Shown piece by piece: positions 38,354 through 48,554 of a stretch of 64,000 nt of DNA. The notes below the pieces were generated by a model. The model searched no databases. It was not told the origin of the DNA and saw only the letters and a program-made list of their open reading frames with translations. The stretch covers positions 1-64,000 of the forward strand of contig WALU01000049.1 of NCBI GenBank assembly GCA_015522685.1, written 5' to 3'. Numbering within the stretch: the stretch's first letter is position 1; every line of letters begins with the position of its first letter. A program made the position numbers and the translations under genes. The stretch is from Thermoproteota archaeon (GTDB lineage: Archaea > Korarchaeota > Korarchaeia > Korarchaeales > Korarchaeaceae).

Positions 38354-39082
38354 CTAATAATGTGTCTTTGAGATTCTCAGGCACTTGAGGAGTAGAATTA
38401 TGAAAATGGAGATTAGAGGAGATACTAGTGCAGGCAAAAGTGAATTCATACCCGAAACAGCAATTATCGATAGAAAAGTAGAGAAGTAGGGAAGCAACTT
38501 AGTAACTCCTAGTGATCCCTTAAGGTCGTCCCTAGCTATGGCTCGGTAGAGCAATAGGGATATGTAAGAAGTGAAGAACCATCCTATGAAATTCTCGGTG
38601 GGTATACCGAACCAAGGACCGGTGGTCTCCCATTTCCAGACCTCTAGGTCTGTCATTACCGGATCTACCGCCATATCAAGAATTACCATTAGCAGGGAAG
38701 TGAGAAGATCTCGCGCCACTCCAGTATATAGATAAGAGGCTGCTATGTAGGATATGTAGAGGTATACGCCCCAAGCAAATATTATTGGGATCGGTACTCC
38801 AAAAACCTTGGCGCCTTCAAATTTAAGATACTCATATCTGCCAAATGGCAGTCCATAGTTGATGCCTACGTATTCCATGATTAAGCCAACCAACGAGCCT
38901 GATGCAAACAGTAGCAGACTACTCTCCCATTCCTTAGATGATATGGCGAGCGAGAGAAAGAAAAGTATAGTTAGAGATATATCCGCTTCTTTCCTATAGC
39001 CTAAAAAGGAGAGGAGAGCATTAAGGATGTATGCAAGTGATAGTAGGTAGAGGGAGATTCTGAAATATGTATTACCGATCAT
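38354..39082 (-). CDS. CruF/DUF422 carotenoid hydratase-like membrane protein
   Basis: EYVG..GLPFGRYEY, DMAVDP, WFGIPTENFIGWF. Confidence 0.82.
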   Translation of the reverse strand: MIGNTYFRISLYLLSLAYILNALLSFLGYRKEADISLTILFFLSLAISSKEWESSLLLFASGSLVGLIMEYVGINYGLPFGRYEYLKFEGAKVFGVPIPIIFAWGVYLYISYIAASYLYTGVARDLLTSLLMVILDMAVDPVMTDLEVWKWETTGPWFGIPTENFIGWFFTSYISLLLYRAIARDDLKGSLGVTKLLPYFSTFLSIIAVSGMNSLLPALVSPLISIFIILLLKCLRISKTHY

Positions 39083-39132
39083 TGAGAAAAAAGACCTTCA
39101 TACTTTTTCAATCTAATCTATTCTATTCTAAT

Positions 39133-39906
39133 CTATTCTATAGTACTCCTCTCGAATATTCTAACCGAGACGGTTATGAATCCGATGCATAGAATGATTA
39201 ACGCAGATATATCAGCGATTAATGGTATGGAATTCACTCCAGTTAGGAAGTACCTCGTAGAATCAACAGCAAATGTTAATGGGTTCATATAGAATATAAT
39301 CTTAGCCGCACTAGGAAGTCTGTCTATTGGATAGAAAGCTCCACTAAGAAATATAAGAGGTAATGTTATCAGGCTCATTATGAGCTGGAATCCCTCGGGG
39401 CTTCTCATCTTAGAAGCTATCGCTATACCTAATCCATTGAAAGAGAGGGCTGTAACTAAACCAAGGGCCAAGGCTGGTAGTGAGCCCTCAAGCTTCAATC
39501 CGGGCACTAAGAGATACATCATACAGAGCACTATTGCTCCTTGTAGTACGGATGTTAGCGAATCCCCAAAGGCCCTTCCTATTATTGCATAAGTTCTAGA
39601 GGCAGGCGCTACCAGTACTTCCTTCAAGAATCCAAATTCCTTGTCCCAGATGACTGATATTCCTCCCACTAGGCTTGAGGTGAATATCGTCATTACAGTG
39701 ATGCCCGGAGCTAGGAAAGCTAAGTAATCTATTCCTCCGAAGAGCTGCTTAGATAATCCTCCCCCTAAAGAAAAGCTCCATCCCATCCCTAGAAAGAGAA
39801 AGAATATGAGTGGATTAACTATAGTACCGATTAGCCTAGATTTAGCCCTGAAATATCTCTTCAGCTGTCTATAGGTCATAGCAAGAAGTATGCCTCCTTC
39901 GTTCAT
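39133..39906 (-). CDS. DrrB-like ABC-2 permease
   Basis: WDKEFGFLKEVLVAP, FLSGAFYP, NPLT. Confidence 0.9.
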   Translation of the reverse strand: MNEGGILLAMTYRQLKRYFRAKSRLIGTIVNPLIFFLFLGMGWSFSLGGGLSKQLFGGIDYLAFLAPGITVMTIFTSSLVGGISVIWDKEFGFLKEVLVAPASRTYAIIGRAFGDSLTSVLQGAIVLCMMYLLVPGLKLEGSLPALALGLVTALSFNGLGIAIASKMRSPEGFQLIMSLITLPLIFLSGAFYPIDRLPSAAKIIFYMNPLTFAVDSTRYFLTGVNSIPLIADISALIILCIGFITVSVRIFERSTIE

Positions 39907-39910
39907 GAGA

Positions 39911-40933
39911 TCACCTCCTCATTCTAGCTCTGGCCGCCCTTCTCATTCTTATAAGATCCTTCCAGTTTCCTTCCTCATCTCTCAGCTCTCTACCGGTGTA
40001 ATGAAGAAAGACATCTCCTAATGATGGCTGAGTGTACTTTATCTCTTCTACTTTGATATCGAACGTGTTTGCAAGTTCGAAAACGGGAGGTATTGCCTTA
40101 GATGCGTATCTCACGCTAAATGCAACCATATCTCCCACTAATCTATAAGATAGAGCTATTCTCTCCCTTACGATCTCTTCCGCGAACTCTTTAATCTCAT
40201 CCATTGGATTGTTTACCTTTACATAGAGCATATCGCCACCAAGGCTATTCTTAAGATCTTCCGGACTACCCATAGCCATTATTTTACCATGATCTATTAT
40301 AGCGACCTTGTCGCATAGTTTTTCGGCCTCATCCATGTAGTGGGTTGTCATGAATATCGTGACATTCTCCTCTTTCCTCAGCATGCGTATGTATTCCCAT
40401 ATTCTAGCCCTAGTTTGGGGATCCAATCCTATCGTAGGCTCGTCTAGGAACAGAACCTCTGGACTATGCATCAATGCACGCGCTATCTCAAGCCTTCTCA
40501 TCATACCACCGCTGTAATTCTTAACAGGCACACTTTTGAACTTTGTAAGCTCAGCAAACTCTAATGCGTCTTCTATTCTCATCTTAAGCTCATCTCCTTT
40601 CAAGCCGTATATGAGACCGTGTATATACAGATTTTCCCATCCAGTTAAGTATCTATCAGCCGTATTGTCCTGAAAGACTACTCCTATCTTCTCTCTTACC
40701 TTTATAGGCTCTTTTATGACATTATGACCGGCGACAAAGGCCTCTCCTCCAGTCGGCTTCATAACAGTTACAAGGATGTTTATAGTCGTGGTCTTGCCAG
40801 CGCCATTGGGCCCTAAAAAGCCGAAGATCTCTCCCTTCTTTACATCAAAACTAACTCTATTTACAGCGATTAGATCCCCAAATTTCTTGACTAAATTCCT
40901 TGCAGAAATTGCAGATTCATCCATTTGGCTCAC
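39911..40933 (-). CDS. DrrA-like ABC ATPase
   Basis: GPNGAGKTT, YSGGMMRRLEIA, LDEPT, TTHYMDEA. Confidence 0.93.
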   Translation of the reverse strand: MSQMDESAISARNLVKKFGDLIAVNRVSFDVKKGEIFGFLGPNGAGKTTTINILVTVMKPTGGEAFVAGHNVIKEPIKVREKIGVVFQDNTADRYLTGWENLYIHGLIYGLKGDELKMRIEDALEFAELTKFKSVPVKNYSGGMMRRLEIARALMHSPEVLFLDEPTIGLDPQTRARIWEYIRMLRKEENVTIFMTTHYMDEAEKLCDKVAIIDHGKIMAMGSPEDLKNSLGGDMLYVKVNNPMDEIKEFAEEIVRERIALSYRLVGDMVAFSVRYASKAIPPVFELANTFDIKVEEIKYTQPSLGDVFLHYTGRELRDEEGNWKDLIRMRRAARARMRR

Positions 40934-41400
40934 CTCAGATACTTATCACTCATAATTCTCTTGAGATCGCCAGAAAATCTCATAAAAGAGATTCTAACTT
41001 CTTCTTTTTGCTTTTCGCTTAAGGAATTGTAGGAGGATACTACTTCCTTTATTAATAGGAAAGGTTTTAAGCCTATTTCTGAGATAAATTCTCTGAAAGC
41101 CTTTATGCTCTCTATCATTGGTTTTACTTCGTCCCTATGCTCCCTGAGGAATTCCAGCCCTTGATTTGTTATATGGTAAACGTTCTTCCTTTCTACCCTC
41201 TCAGAAACAATGTAATCCATATCCTCAAGGAGCTGAAGAGTAGGGTATATTATACCAGGACTTGGCTCGTAACCTCCTCCAACGAGTTCCTTTATCCTCT
41301 GTATTATCTCATAGCCATGCAGAGGCCCCTCCCTGAGCATATATAACATTAGATACTTGAAATTCCCCCTCACCTTGAGCTTTGGCTTAAAGTCGTACAT
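40930..41400 (-). CDS. PadR-family transcriptional regulator
   Basis: PLHGYEII, PSPGIIYPTL, VYHITNQG. Confidence 0.92.
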   Translation of the reverse strand: MYDFKPKLKVRGNFKYLMLYMLREGPLHGYEIIQRIKELVGGGYEPSPGIIYPTLQLLEDMDYIVSERVERKNVYHITNQGLEFLREHRDEVKPMIESIKAFREFISEIGLKPFLLIKEVVSSYNSLSEKQKEEVRISFMRFSGDLKRIMSDKYLR

Positions 41401-41427
41401 ATATCTCTAGATATATCTAGAGATATA
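41400..41427. promoter_or_regulatory. perfect 28-bp palindrome at the padR start, candidate operator
   Basis: TATATCTCTAGATATATCTAGAGATATA is self-complementary; lies between TTTATTA (minus strand, about 41435-41441) and ATG. Confidence 0.75.
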
Positions 41428-41606
41428 GATATAGTAATAAAGTTGATCCCTTACAACATTAGATTCAGCTGAAGAATGAGGGGGGTAGGTAGGTTATCTA
41501 ACCACAGGGAGGATCAAGTGGAGCATAGTTGTTGATGTAATGTATACTTACTTTCACTCAATCAGCTAATGCTACGAACTTACATGAATGCGAAAAGTCA
41601 TCCCCT

Positions 41607-41790
41607 TCATAGATTTGGAGGGAAGAGCATGACTCTGGCATTGTCTAGCATATCACGATTATTATTGAAGAATATGTATGCGCGCGAATTTCCCCTTATT
41701 AAGCTCATTAGTTCGTCCTTAGCATCAAGTTCGGAATAAGTATTAGATAAGATCTTATGGTTTACATATCGCCAAGTTACCAGTTACTAT
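41607..41790 (-). pseudogene. remnant resembling DUF72 C-terminus
   Basis: ..TYSELDAKDELMSLIRGNSRAYIFFNNNRDMLDNARVML; N-terminal part missing. Confidence 0.45.
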
Positions 41791-41850
41791 AAAGCTTGAC
41801 CACTATCTCGCTTCCCTCTTAATCATTAAATTTTTGTACATATAAGTAAC

Positions 41851-43056
41851 ATGATGAGGATAGCTGTTATTGGAGCGGGATTAATGGGTAGAGCCGCGGT
41901 CCTCGATTTAGCTGATGACTCGATGAGCCCTAATGTAGAGGCGATACTTGTAGTTGATATTAATGAAAGAAGAGCAAGAGAGGTATATGAAGAGGCAATA
42001 AAGCTCACAAGCACTAAGGAGATGGAATATCGCAAGATAGATGCTACATCGAAAGATGAGGTGATTAGCATATTAAAGGAGTTCAAAGCAGATGTAACGC
42101 TTAACGCTGCTCTTTATACAACTATTCATACAGTGATGAAAGCATCTTTGGAGGCAGAATCTCACTATCTAGATCTAGGAGATGATGTAGATGCATTAAT
42201 CTTTCAACGAAGTTTAGATCTAAAATTTAAGGAGAGAGGGTTAATTGCTCTACTGGAGATGGGAGGAAGTCCTGGCCTCATAAATATTATGGCCTCTAAA
42301 GCAGTTGGAGAGCTGGATAGGGTAGAGGAGATAATCCTAAGGGAAGGGTGGATCGATCTGAACAACTACGACTCCCTTGGAATCCCTCTCCCAGTTCCTT
42401 ATTCCTTTGATACTATATTAGATGAGTTAGAGCAGCCAGTGGAGATATGGAAGGATGGTAAGATAGAAAAGGTACCTCCCTTCTCTGGCAGAGAAACAAT
42501 GGAATTTGTAGATCCAATAGGGAAGCAGGAGCTCTATTACGTGGAACATCCAGAGGTCTACTCACTTGGAGAGACCTTCAAAAGGAAGGGGTTAAGGTTT
42601 GTGGATTACAAGCTTTCCTTCCCCAGAGATTTGCTACTGAAATATAGACTGCTCAATTGCTTAAAATTGACTTCTAACTCCCCTGTGAAAGTAGATAGTA
42701 TGAATATAATCCCTAGAGATCTTTTGAGGGAGATGGTAGCACAGATGATGGAGAATAAGGAGGTAGAGCCCAACGATTACGATATCATGAGGGCCATAGC
42801 GAAGGGTTGGAAGGGAGGAGTCAGGTCTAAGGTAACGATAGAAGCTTTGATAAAGTGGAGTGAGAGGTGGAAGGTGAGTGCCCAAGCTCTGCTCGTCGGC
42901 AGTCCAGCATCAATAGCGGCCCAATGGATCGGACTTGGGATTTTAGATACGCCAGGTGTTCACTACCCTGAGGAGATAATAAATCCTATTCCATTCTTGA
43001 AAGAGGTGATGAGTAGAGGAATAAATTTCATAGAGAAAGTGGAATTCCAGCTTTAG
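41851..43056 (+). CDS. saccharopine dehydrogenase-like oxidoreductase (lysine 6-DH/carboxynorspermidine DH superfamily)
   Basis: GAGLMG Rossmann fold, HYLDLG, GGSPGLINI, HPEV. Confidence 0.85.
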   Translation: MMRIAVIGAGLMGRAAVLDLADDSMSPNVEAILVVDINERRAREVYEEAIKLTSTKEMEYRKIDATSKDEVISILKEFKADVTLNAALYTTIHTVMKASLEAESHYLDLGDDVDALIFQRSLDLKFKERGLIALLEMGGSPGLINIMASKAVGELDRVEEIILREGWIDLNNYDSLGIPLPVPYSFDTILDELEQPVEIWKDGKIEKVPPFSGRETMEFVDPIGKQELYYVEHPEVYSLGETFKRKGLRFVDYKLSFPRDLLLKYRLLNCLKLTSNSPVKVDSMNIIPRDLLREMVAQMMENKEVEPNDYDIMRAIAKGWKGGVRSKVTIEALIKWSERWKVSAQALLVGSPASIAAQWIGLGILDTPGVHYPEEIINPIPFLKEVMSRGINFIEKVEFQL

Positions 43057-43057
43057 T

Positions 43058-43146
43058 TCCGGTAGCTCCTTCACTAACACATCAACTATCTAACCCAGAG
43101 CTTTCTCCAGTGGCTATTGCAAATTTACCCCTTAATCCTAGTCCAT
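43058..43146 (-). pseudogene. short-chain dehydrogenase N-terminal remnant
   Basis: with one frameshift reads MDLGLRGKFAIATGESSGL. Confidence 0.45.
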
Positions 43147-43241
43147 AGGGAAGCTACCCTGTATACTAGTGAAAAATCCTTGCTGTGAGGTTACGTCATC
43201 AACGTAAAACTCTTTAAAAGGTGAGTATACTCTAGGAGCTG

Positions 43242-44333
43242 ATGAAAAACAGACTTGCCTTACTGCTCGCATTGATTCTACTCCTACCGATTCTAATAAT
43301 AGGACAGGCAAGCGGAGAAAATCCCCCTAAGATTGTTATAGTTAGCAATAAAGCTGATATGCCTACTACTAGATTCATTGGTAAGCTATTAAATCAATCT
43401 GGGTTAGCTTATAATGTATTAGGGCCCAGTTCCTTTGAAGATGCCCTCAAGGGCTATGATATGATCCTATTGCTGGGTGGTCCTAAGGCTTATGATGGTA
43501 TGGGAAACATAACCTCCAATTATATACCGCCCAGCAATTCATCGACGCTTATAGAAGAGCCAAAGACCTTCCTAATCTCTGTTTTTAAAGGAGGCAGGGA
43601 TATAGTTGTATTAGCAGGCCACACTAGGAGAGATACTATGGATGCTGCTTCATATTTCTTCAAGGATTCAATAAGGCTTACGAGCCTCTGGGGATGGGCT
43701 GGATACCCAGTTGATTTCAGGGTAGGATCCTTCGTTATATACTATGTGGCAAGATACTACTACAATAACAAGACGGGTGAATTTAAGGGATATCCTTGGG
43801 GAAACGTGAAAACAGAGACATTAAGCAAGCAGGATATCAATGATAGTACTCTGTACAATGTGACCACCATCGAGGAGCATCTATACTTAGATGTGAATTA
43901 TACAACAGTAACTGTGAACTTGGTGGATAGTTTAGGAAGGCCGCATATCTGTAAGATGGTGCAATTTATAGATAGCAATCTATCTAGGCAGTCGAAGGGC
44001 TGCCCGAAGCCATCCCGTGGAAGCTTAGGAAGGACTAGGGTATATGTTACCTTTAAGTTTGAGGAGACAGCAAATAGAAAATACTGGAAAATCGCAGGGA
44101 ATAATGTCAGGAGGTCTTTACCTTATCCAATAGGCACGAGGCATATCAAAACAGATCTTGTGCTTAAATATGCATTCAAATACCCCTCTTGGAAGCCAGA
44201 CCCTGAGTTCATCCTGTTATACGTAAATCCAGCAATACCCTTTGGAGGTACTGTTGTAAGGACATTGAATTCGGTAGTCAATGGACAGCCAATTACGACA
44301 GAGGTAATAAATCTCACAGCTTTTAGGCCATGA
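43242..44333 (+). CDS. secreted/surface protein
   Basis: signal peptide, LLLGGPKAYDGMG and VLAGHTRRDT domain, many NxS/T sequons. Confidence 0.8.
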   Translation: MKNRLALLLALILLLPILIIGQASGENPPKIVIVSNKADMPTTRFIGKLLNQSGLAYNVLGPSSFEDALKGYDMILLLGGPKAYDGMGNITSNYIPPSNSSTLIEEPKTFLISVFKGGRDIVVLAGHTRRDTMDAASYFFKDSIRLTSLWGWAGYPVDFRVGSFVIYYVARYYYNNKTGEFKGYPWGNVKTETLSKQDINDSTLYNVTTIEEHLYLDVNYTTVTVNLVDSLGRPHICKMVQFIDSNLSRQSKGCPKPSRGSLGRTRVYVTFKFEETANRKYWKIAGNNVRRSLPYPIGTRHIKTDLVLKYAFKYPSWKPDPEFILLYVNPAIPFGGTVVRTLNSVVNGQPITTEVINLTAFRP

Positions 44334-44433
44334 ATGTATAAGAGTCAGAAAATGCAATAAGGTATATTATTCAAGGTTGTTTGTGGCGGATTACCCCACT
44401 ATCAATCATTATATGTAAGCATAGATCTCTTCC

Positions 44434-45333
44434 ATGATAAAGAACGGTGATCCTATGGAAGCAAGGGCGGTGTCCTCCAGAATTTCCGACTATATATGCC
44501 TAACGAAGCCCAAGCAAACATTTCTTCTCCTCCTTACCTCTATATTTACCTACCTAGGTGCCGGTGGTTACGATTTGAGGGTTCTAGTTCTTCTAACAGC
44601 AGCCATGGTTCTTTCCATATCAGGGACAACAGCAGTTAACATGACTCTAGATGCAGACATAGATTCATTGATGAGGAGAACTAAGGAGAGACCTGTACCT
44701 TCCGGTAAGGTATCTCAGGAAGGCGCTTTATCGTTTGGAATTACTATCTTTCTCTTAGGTGTAGCCGTAGCTTACATTATAAACTCTTGGACGGCTTTAG
44801 CTACATCCTTAGGTGTAATATTTGATCTGTTAGTTTATACTCTATGGACAAAGAGGAAAACTCCCTTTTCCATAGTCTTCGGCGGCATCGCTGGAGCTGC
44901 ACCTTCTCTTGCTGGATGGACCGCAGCTAGAGGCTTAGTAGAGCTACCTGCCATTCTTATAATGCTAATAACGATGCTGTGGATACCAGCTCATATTTGG
45001 TACATATCGATATATTACTTGAATGATTATAGGGCAGCGGGAGTTCCCATGCTCCCTGTTGTTATAGGTGTAGAAAGAACTGCAAAGGTAATTGCAGCGT
45101 CTATAACTATAATGACAGTGACTGAACTGGCGCTTTTCCTGATAGGATCTATGGGCATGGTATTTCTCGCAATAGCTTTACCTCCTACCCTGCTTCTCCT
45201 GTATAGATCGATCTTATATGCTAGAAATCCAACAGCAGAAGGAGCTAAGAAAATGTATAAGACAGCGAGCCCGGTAGAAGGAGCGGCTTTCCTTGGTATT
45301 GCACTGGATGGATTGGCCAGACTTCTGCTGTAA
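44434..45333 (+). CDS. ctaB: protoheme IX farnesyltransferase (heme o synthase)
   Basis: LTKPK, DADID..M.RT..RP, YT.W.KR.T, W..AH, DY.AAGVPMLP. Confidence 0.92.
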   Translation: MIKNGDPMEARAVSSRISDYICLTKPKQTFLLLLTSIFTYLGAGGYDLRVLVLLTAAMVLSISGTTAVNMTLDADIDSLMRRTKERPVPSGKVSQEGALSFGITIFLLGVAVAYIINSWTALATSLGVIFDLLVYTLWTKRKTPFSIVFGGIAGAAPSLAGWTAARGLVELPAILIMLITMLWIPAHIWYISIYYLNDYRAAGVPMLPVVIGVERTAKVIAASITIMTVTELALFLIGSMGMVFLAIALPPTLLLLYRSILYARNPTAEGAKKMYKTASPVEGAAFLGIALDGLARLLL

Positions 45334-45371
45334 GCTAAAACTTATTATGTCACATTTTTAGGGTATAGGTT

Positions 45372-45788
45372 ATGAGTTCTAAGGTAATTGTTAAGGGAGA
45401 GCTTGTCTTCAGCAATGGAGATGAGTTATTCCCCTTCTTTGATAAGTTAGGGATACCAGAGGAGAAAATAAAGCTGGGGAAGGCCTATACAGATGAACTG
45501 AAGATCGAGGAGATAAGAAGGGAGAATAATGAATATCATGTCAAGTTTGAGGGCGATCTCAATTGGCCATCAAATCTAGCACCTTCTGGAGAAAACCCAC
45601 TAGATTGGCTCAAGACTCAGACGGCAGGTTTGGTATGGGATGTAGAGGACCTAAAGACTTTAGAGGTTTTTAAGGGATCCGAAGACCTCAAATTCTCATT
45701 CTACTCCGATGAAGAGCTAGCTAAAAAGAGAGAAGAGTATAATAAGTGGTGGATAGATTCTGCTAGCAATATAGTCGGGCTTTTCTGA
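45372..45788 (+). CDS. hypothetical acidic protein
   Basis: 138-aa ATG ORF with upstream TATA-like sequence. Confidence 0.75.
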   Translation: MSSKVIVKGELVFSNGDELFPFFDKLGIPEEKIKLGKAYTDELKIEEIRRENNEYHVKFEGDLNWPSNLAPSGENPLDWLKTQTAGLVWDVEDLKTLEVFKGSEDLKFSFYSDEELAKKREEYNKWWIDSASNIVGLF

Positions 45789-45895
45789 GATTGACATTCA
45801 ATGCTGAAAAATAAAAAGGAGGTTACTTTATAGTGGCTATTCACCAAAAGTATAGCATAGGTTTTTATATAGTCTATGAAACTAGGTAGCTTGGA

Positions 45896-46219
45896 ATGGT
45901 TGCATTCGATGAGAGATTAAGAGATCCAGTTACAGGACTTCCACTGGAGCTTTTTTCCTGGGAAGAAGTCGAGAAAGAACTTACACCGGTAAGGATAAGA
46001 TCGGAGAGGAGAAGGGGAAGGGATGTCACCATTATAGAGAACCTCCCATTTTCAAAGGAAAACATGAAATCATTTTTGAAGGAGATGAAGAAGATACTGG
46101 CTTGTGGAGGGACCTATAAGGATGGATATGTACTTTTGCAGGGAGATCATAGATACAAAGTGGCAAAGCTATTGAAGGAGAGGTGGGGAATACCGGAGGA
46201 TCAGATAGAGATAGAGTAG
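45896..46219 (+). CDS. sui1: translation initiation factor aIF1/SUI1
   Basis: DPVTGLP, RRRGRDVTII, LACGGT, LQGDHR. Confidence 0.92.
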   Translation: MVAFDERLRDPVTGLPLELFSWEEVEKELTPVRIRSERRRGRDVTIIENLPFSKENMKSFLKEMKKILACGGTYKDGYVLLQGDHRYKVAKLLKERWGIPEDQIEIE

Positions 46220-46441
46220 ACGATCATCGGTTAGGTAAACTGTAGCAGCCAATACAGTTACTTTCTATGGGGCTTATAGTGTAGCCAGTTTGCCCTGCTC
46301 TCCTTATGAGGCGTAGCTTGTATAGGTATAGTCATCAGCATGTGAGAAGCCATTGTTGATAAAAGCTCGCAATAAGTTAAAGAAGTGGAGCTTAAAAGAA
46401 AAATAGATGAAAGAGTGGAGAATTCCTTATACGAGGAAAGA

Positions 46442-48493
46442 TCATGGTGGAAAGAAGGCAACGAATGTCAGGGCTACTATGGTAACTAGCTTTATGAATA
46501 TGTGTAATGATGGACCTGCTGTATCCTTAAGTGGATCTCCAACAGTATCCCCTACCACGGCAGATTTATGAGCATCAGATCCTTTTCCCCCATACAGCCC
46601 TGTCTCCACCAGCTTCTTAGCATTATCCAATGCTCCACCGGCATTTATCATGAATATCGCTAGCAAGCCTCCCGCTATTGTCGCTCCGACTATAAAGGAA
46701 CCGAGAGGCCCTCTACCAAAGATTAGCCCTATTATTATTGGAGCGAAGAACGTTATTAAGGTTGGAGATATCATCTCCTTCAATGCATGCTTTGTTGATA
46801 TATCTACAGCTTTAGCATAATCTGGTTTAGCCTTGCCCTCAAGTAAGCCTTTTATTTCCCTGAACTGCCTTCTCACTTCATCTACTAATTTATTAGCGGT
46901 TCTACCAACAGATTGCATGGCCATGGCAGAGAAGAGATATGCTAACGTTGAACCTACTATTACACCTACTAAGATGAAGGGATTTGCTAACTCCACTCCG
47001 GCTGCTTGCGGATTTACTATCCTAACATCTGTGAGATATGTTTTCAGGCCGGCAGATGTTAGGTAAGCAGAGAAAAGAACGAATGCTGAAAGCAAAGCGC
47101 ATGCCATAGCATATCCTTTAGTTATGGCTTTCGTTGTATTCCCTACAGCATCTAAAAGGTCTAAGCCTCTCCTCACATCTTTACCTAAACCAGACATTTC
47201 AGCTATACCTGCAGCATTGTCGGAGATTGGACCAAAAGTATCTGCTGCCATTATTATACCTGTAGTAGAGAGGATTCCTGCAGTAGCTGCTGCTATTCCA
47301 TAGAGCCCATCTATCCAGAAGGCTAAAGATACTACAGTGCCTATCACTATTAGGGGAAGAAAAGCGCTTTCCATCCCCATAGAGAGACCTGCTATAACGT
47401 CTAAAGCAGGACCGAACTTAGACGATTCTGCTATATATCTAACTGGCCTGTACTGAGTTCCAGTATAGTACTGTATAATCATTCCCACAAGCAGGCTTGC
47501 GACTAACCCCAGCACAGCGGCATAGAATACTTCTATGTGACCTAGGAAGTTTACAGCCATTACATAGAAGAATGCTAGATTAAGAATACCAGCTACAAGT
47601 AATGATACGTTAATCGCTGTTATAGGACTTTTAACACTCTCTCTTACTAAGAATATTGCCACTATTGTTGATATAATCCCGAGAGATTCGGCTAATAGTG
47701 GAAACATTATACCATTAAGTCCATAGAGAGAGAAGAAGGCCACTCCGAGAAGCATCATGCCAATTATGTTATCTGAGAAAGACTCGAAGAGATCCGCTCC
47801 CCTCCCAGCGCAGTCACCTACATTATCCCCAACCTGGTCAGCTATAACAGCAGGATTCCTAGGATCATCTTCAGGTATGCCAGCTTCCACCTTTCCCACT
47901 AGATCAGCTGATATATCTGCAGCTTTTGTGTAAATACCTCCCCCCAGTTGAGCAAATAATGCAGCTAAGCTAGCTCCCATGCCAAACGGGACTATGGTGT
48001 GGAGGGCCATCTCAAGCTGTTGCGGCGATTTAATGGAATAGAATGCATTTATTGCTAGATAGAGAAGCCCTATACCTAAAATGCTTAAACTGACTACAGA
48101 TAAGCCCATGACAGAACCTCCCCAGAAAGCAATTTTGAGGGCCTTCTTTGGAGAAGTTCTGGCAGCATTCGTGGTCCTAACGTTCGCTCTCACTGCTGCA
48201 TTCATCCCTATATATGCTGCTATGAGCGAGAGGACTGCTCCTGTTATGAATGACCCTGCTGGAATATCTCCTTCTAGAATCCCAAGAGCTATAGCTATTA
48301 AGATAATGAATACTGTTATTGTATAAAACTGCCTTTTCAAATAAGCATTAGCTCCTTCTTGCACATAGGATGCAACAGCTACCATTTCAGGGGTTCCTGG
48401 TTCTTCTCTATTCACAAGGTAGTAGATGAGAGCTACAAACAGCATCCCCACTATCCCCATTATTAAAGGAATTAGTTCTAGCAATTTGATCAC
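46442..48493 (-). CDS. hppA: membrane H+-translocating pyrophosphatase, K+-independent type
   Basis: GGIYTKAADISADLVGKVE, EDDPRN, GDNVGD; GNTTKA has the Lys marking K+ independence. Confidence 0.94.
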   Translation of the reverse strand: MIKLLELIPLIMGIVGMLFVALIYYLVNREEPGTPEMVAVASYVQEGANAYLKRQFYTITVFIILIAIALGILEGDIPAGSFITGAVLSLIAAYIGMNAAVRANVRTTNAARTSPKKALKIAFWGGSVMGLSVVSLSILGIGLLYLAINAFYSIKSPQQLEMALHTIVPFGMGASLAALFAQLGGGIYTKAADISADLVGKVEAGIPEDDPRNPAVIADQVGDNVGDCAGRGADLFESFSDNIIGMMLLGVAFFSLYGLNGIMFPLLAESLGIISTIVAIFLVRESVKSPITAINVSLLVAGILNLAFFYVMAVNFLGHIEVFYAAVLGLVASLLVGMIIQYYTGTQYRPVRYIAESSKFGPALDVIAGLSMGMESAFLPLIVIGTVVSLAFWIDGLYGIAAATAGILSTTGIIMAADTFGPISDNAAGIAEMSGLGKDVRRGLDLLDAVGNTTKAITKGYAMACALLSAFVLFSAYLTSAGLKTYLTDVRIVNPQAAGVELANPFILVGVIVGSTLAYLFSAMAMQSVGRTANKLVDEVRRQFREIKGLLEGKAKPDYAKAVDISTKHALKEMISPTLITFFAPIIIGLIFGRGPLGSFIVGATIAGGLLAIFMINAGGALDNAKKLVETGLYGGKGSDAHKSAVVGDTVGDPLKDTAGPSLHIFIKLVTIVALTFVAFFPP

Positions 48494-48554
48494 CTCGCTT
48501 AGATTTGCTTTCTAAGCGACTTTGGGGATTCCCTTTTAGAATTTAAAAAGGTAA

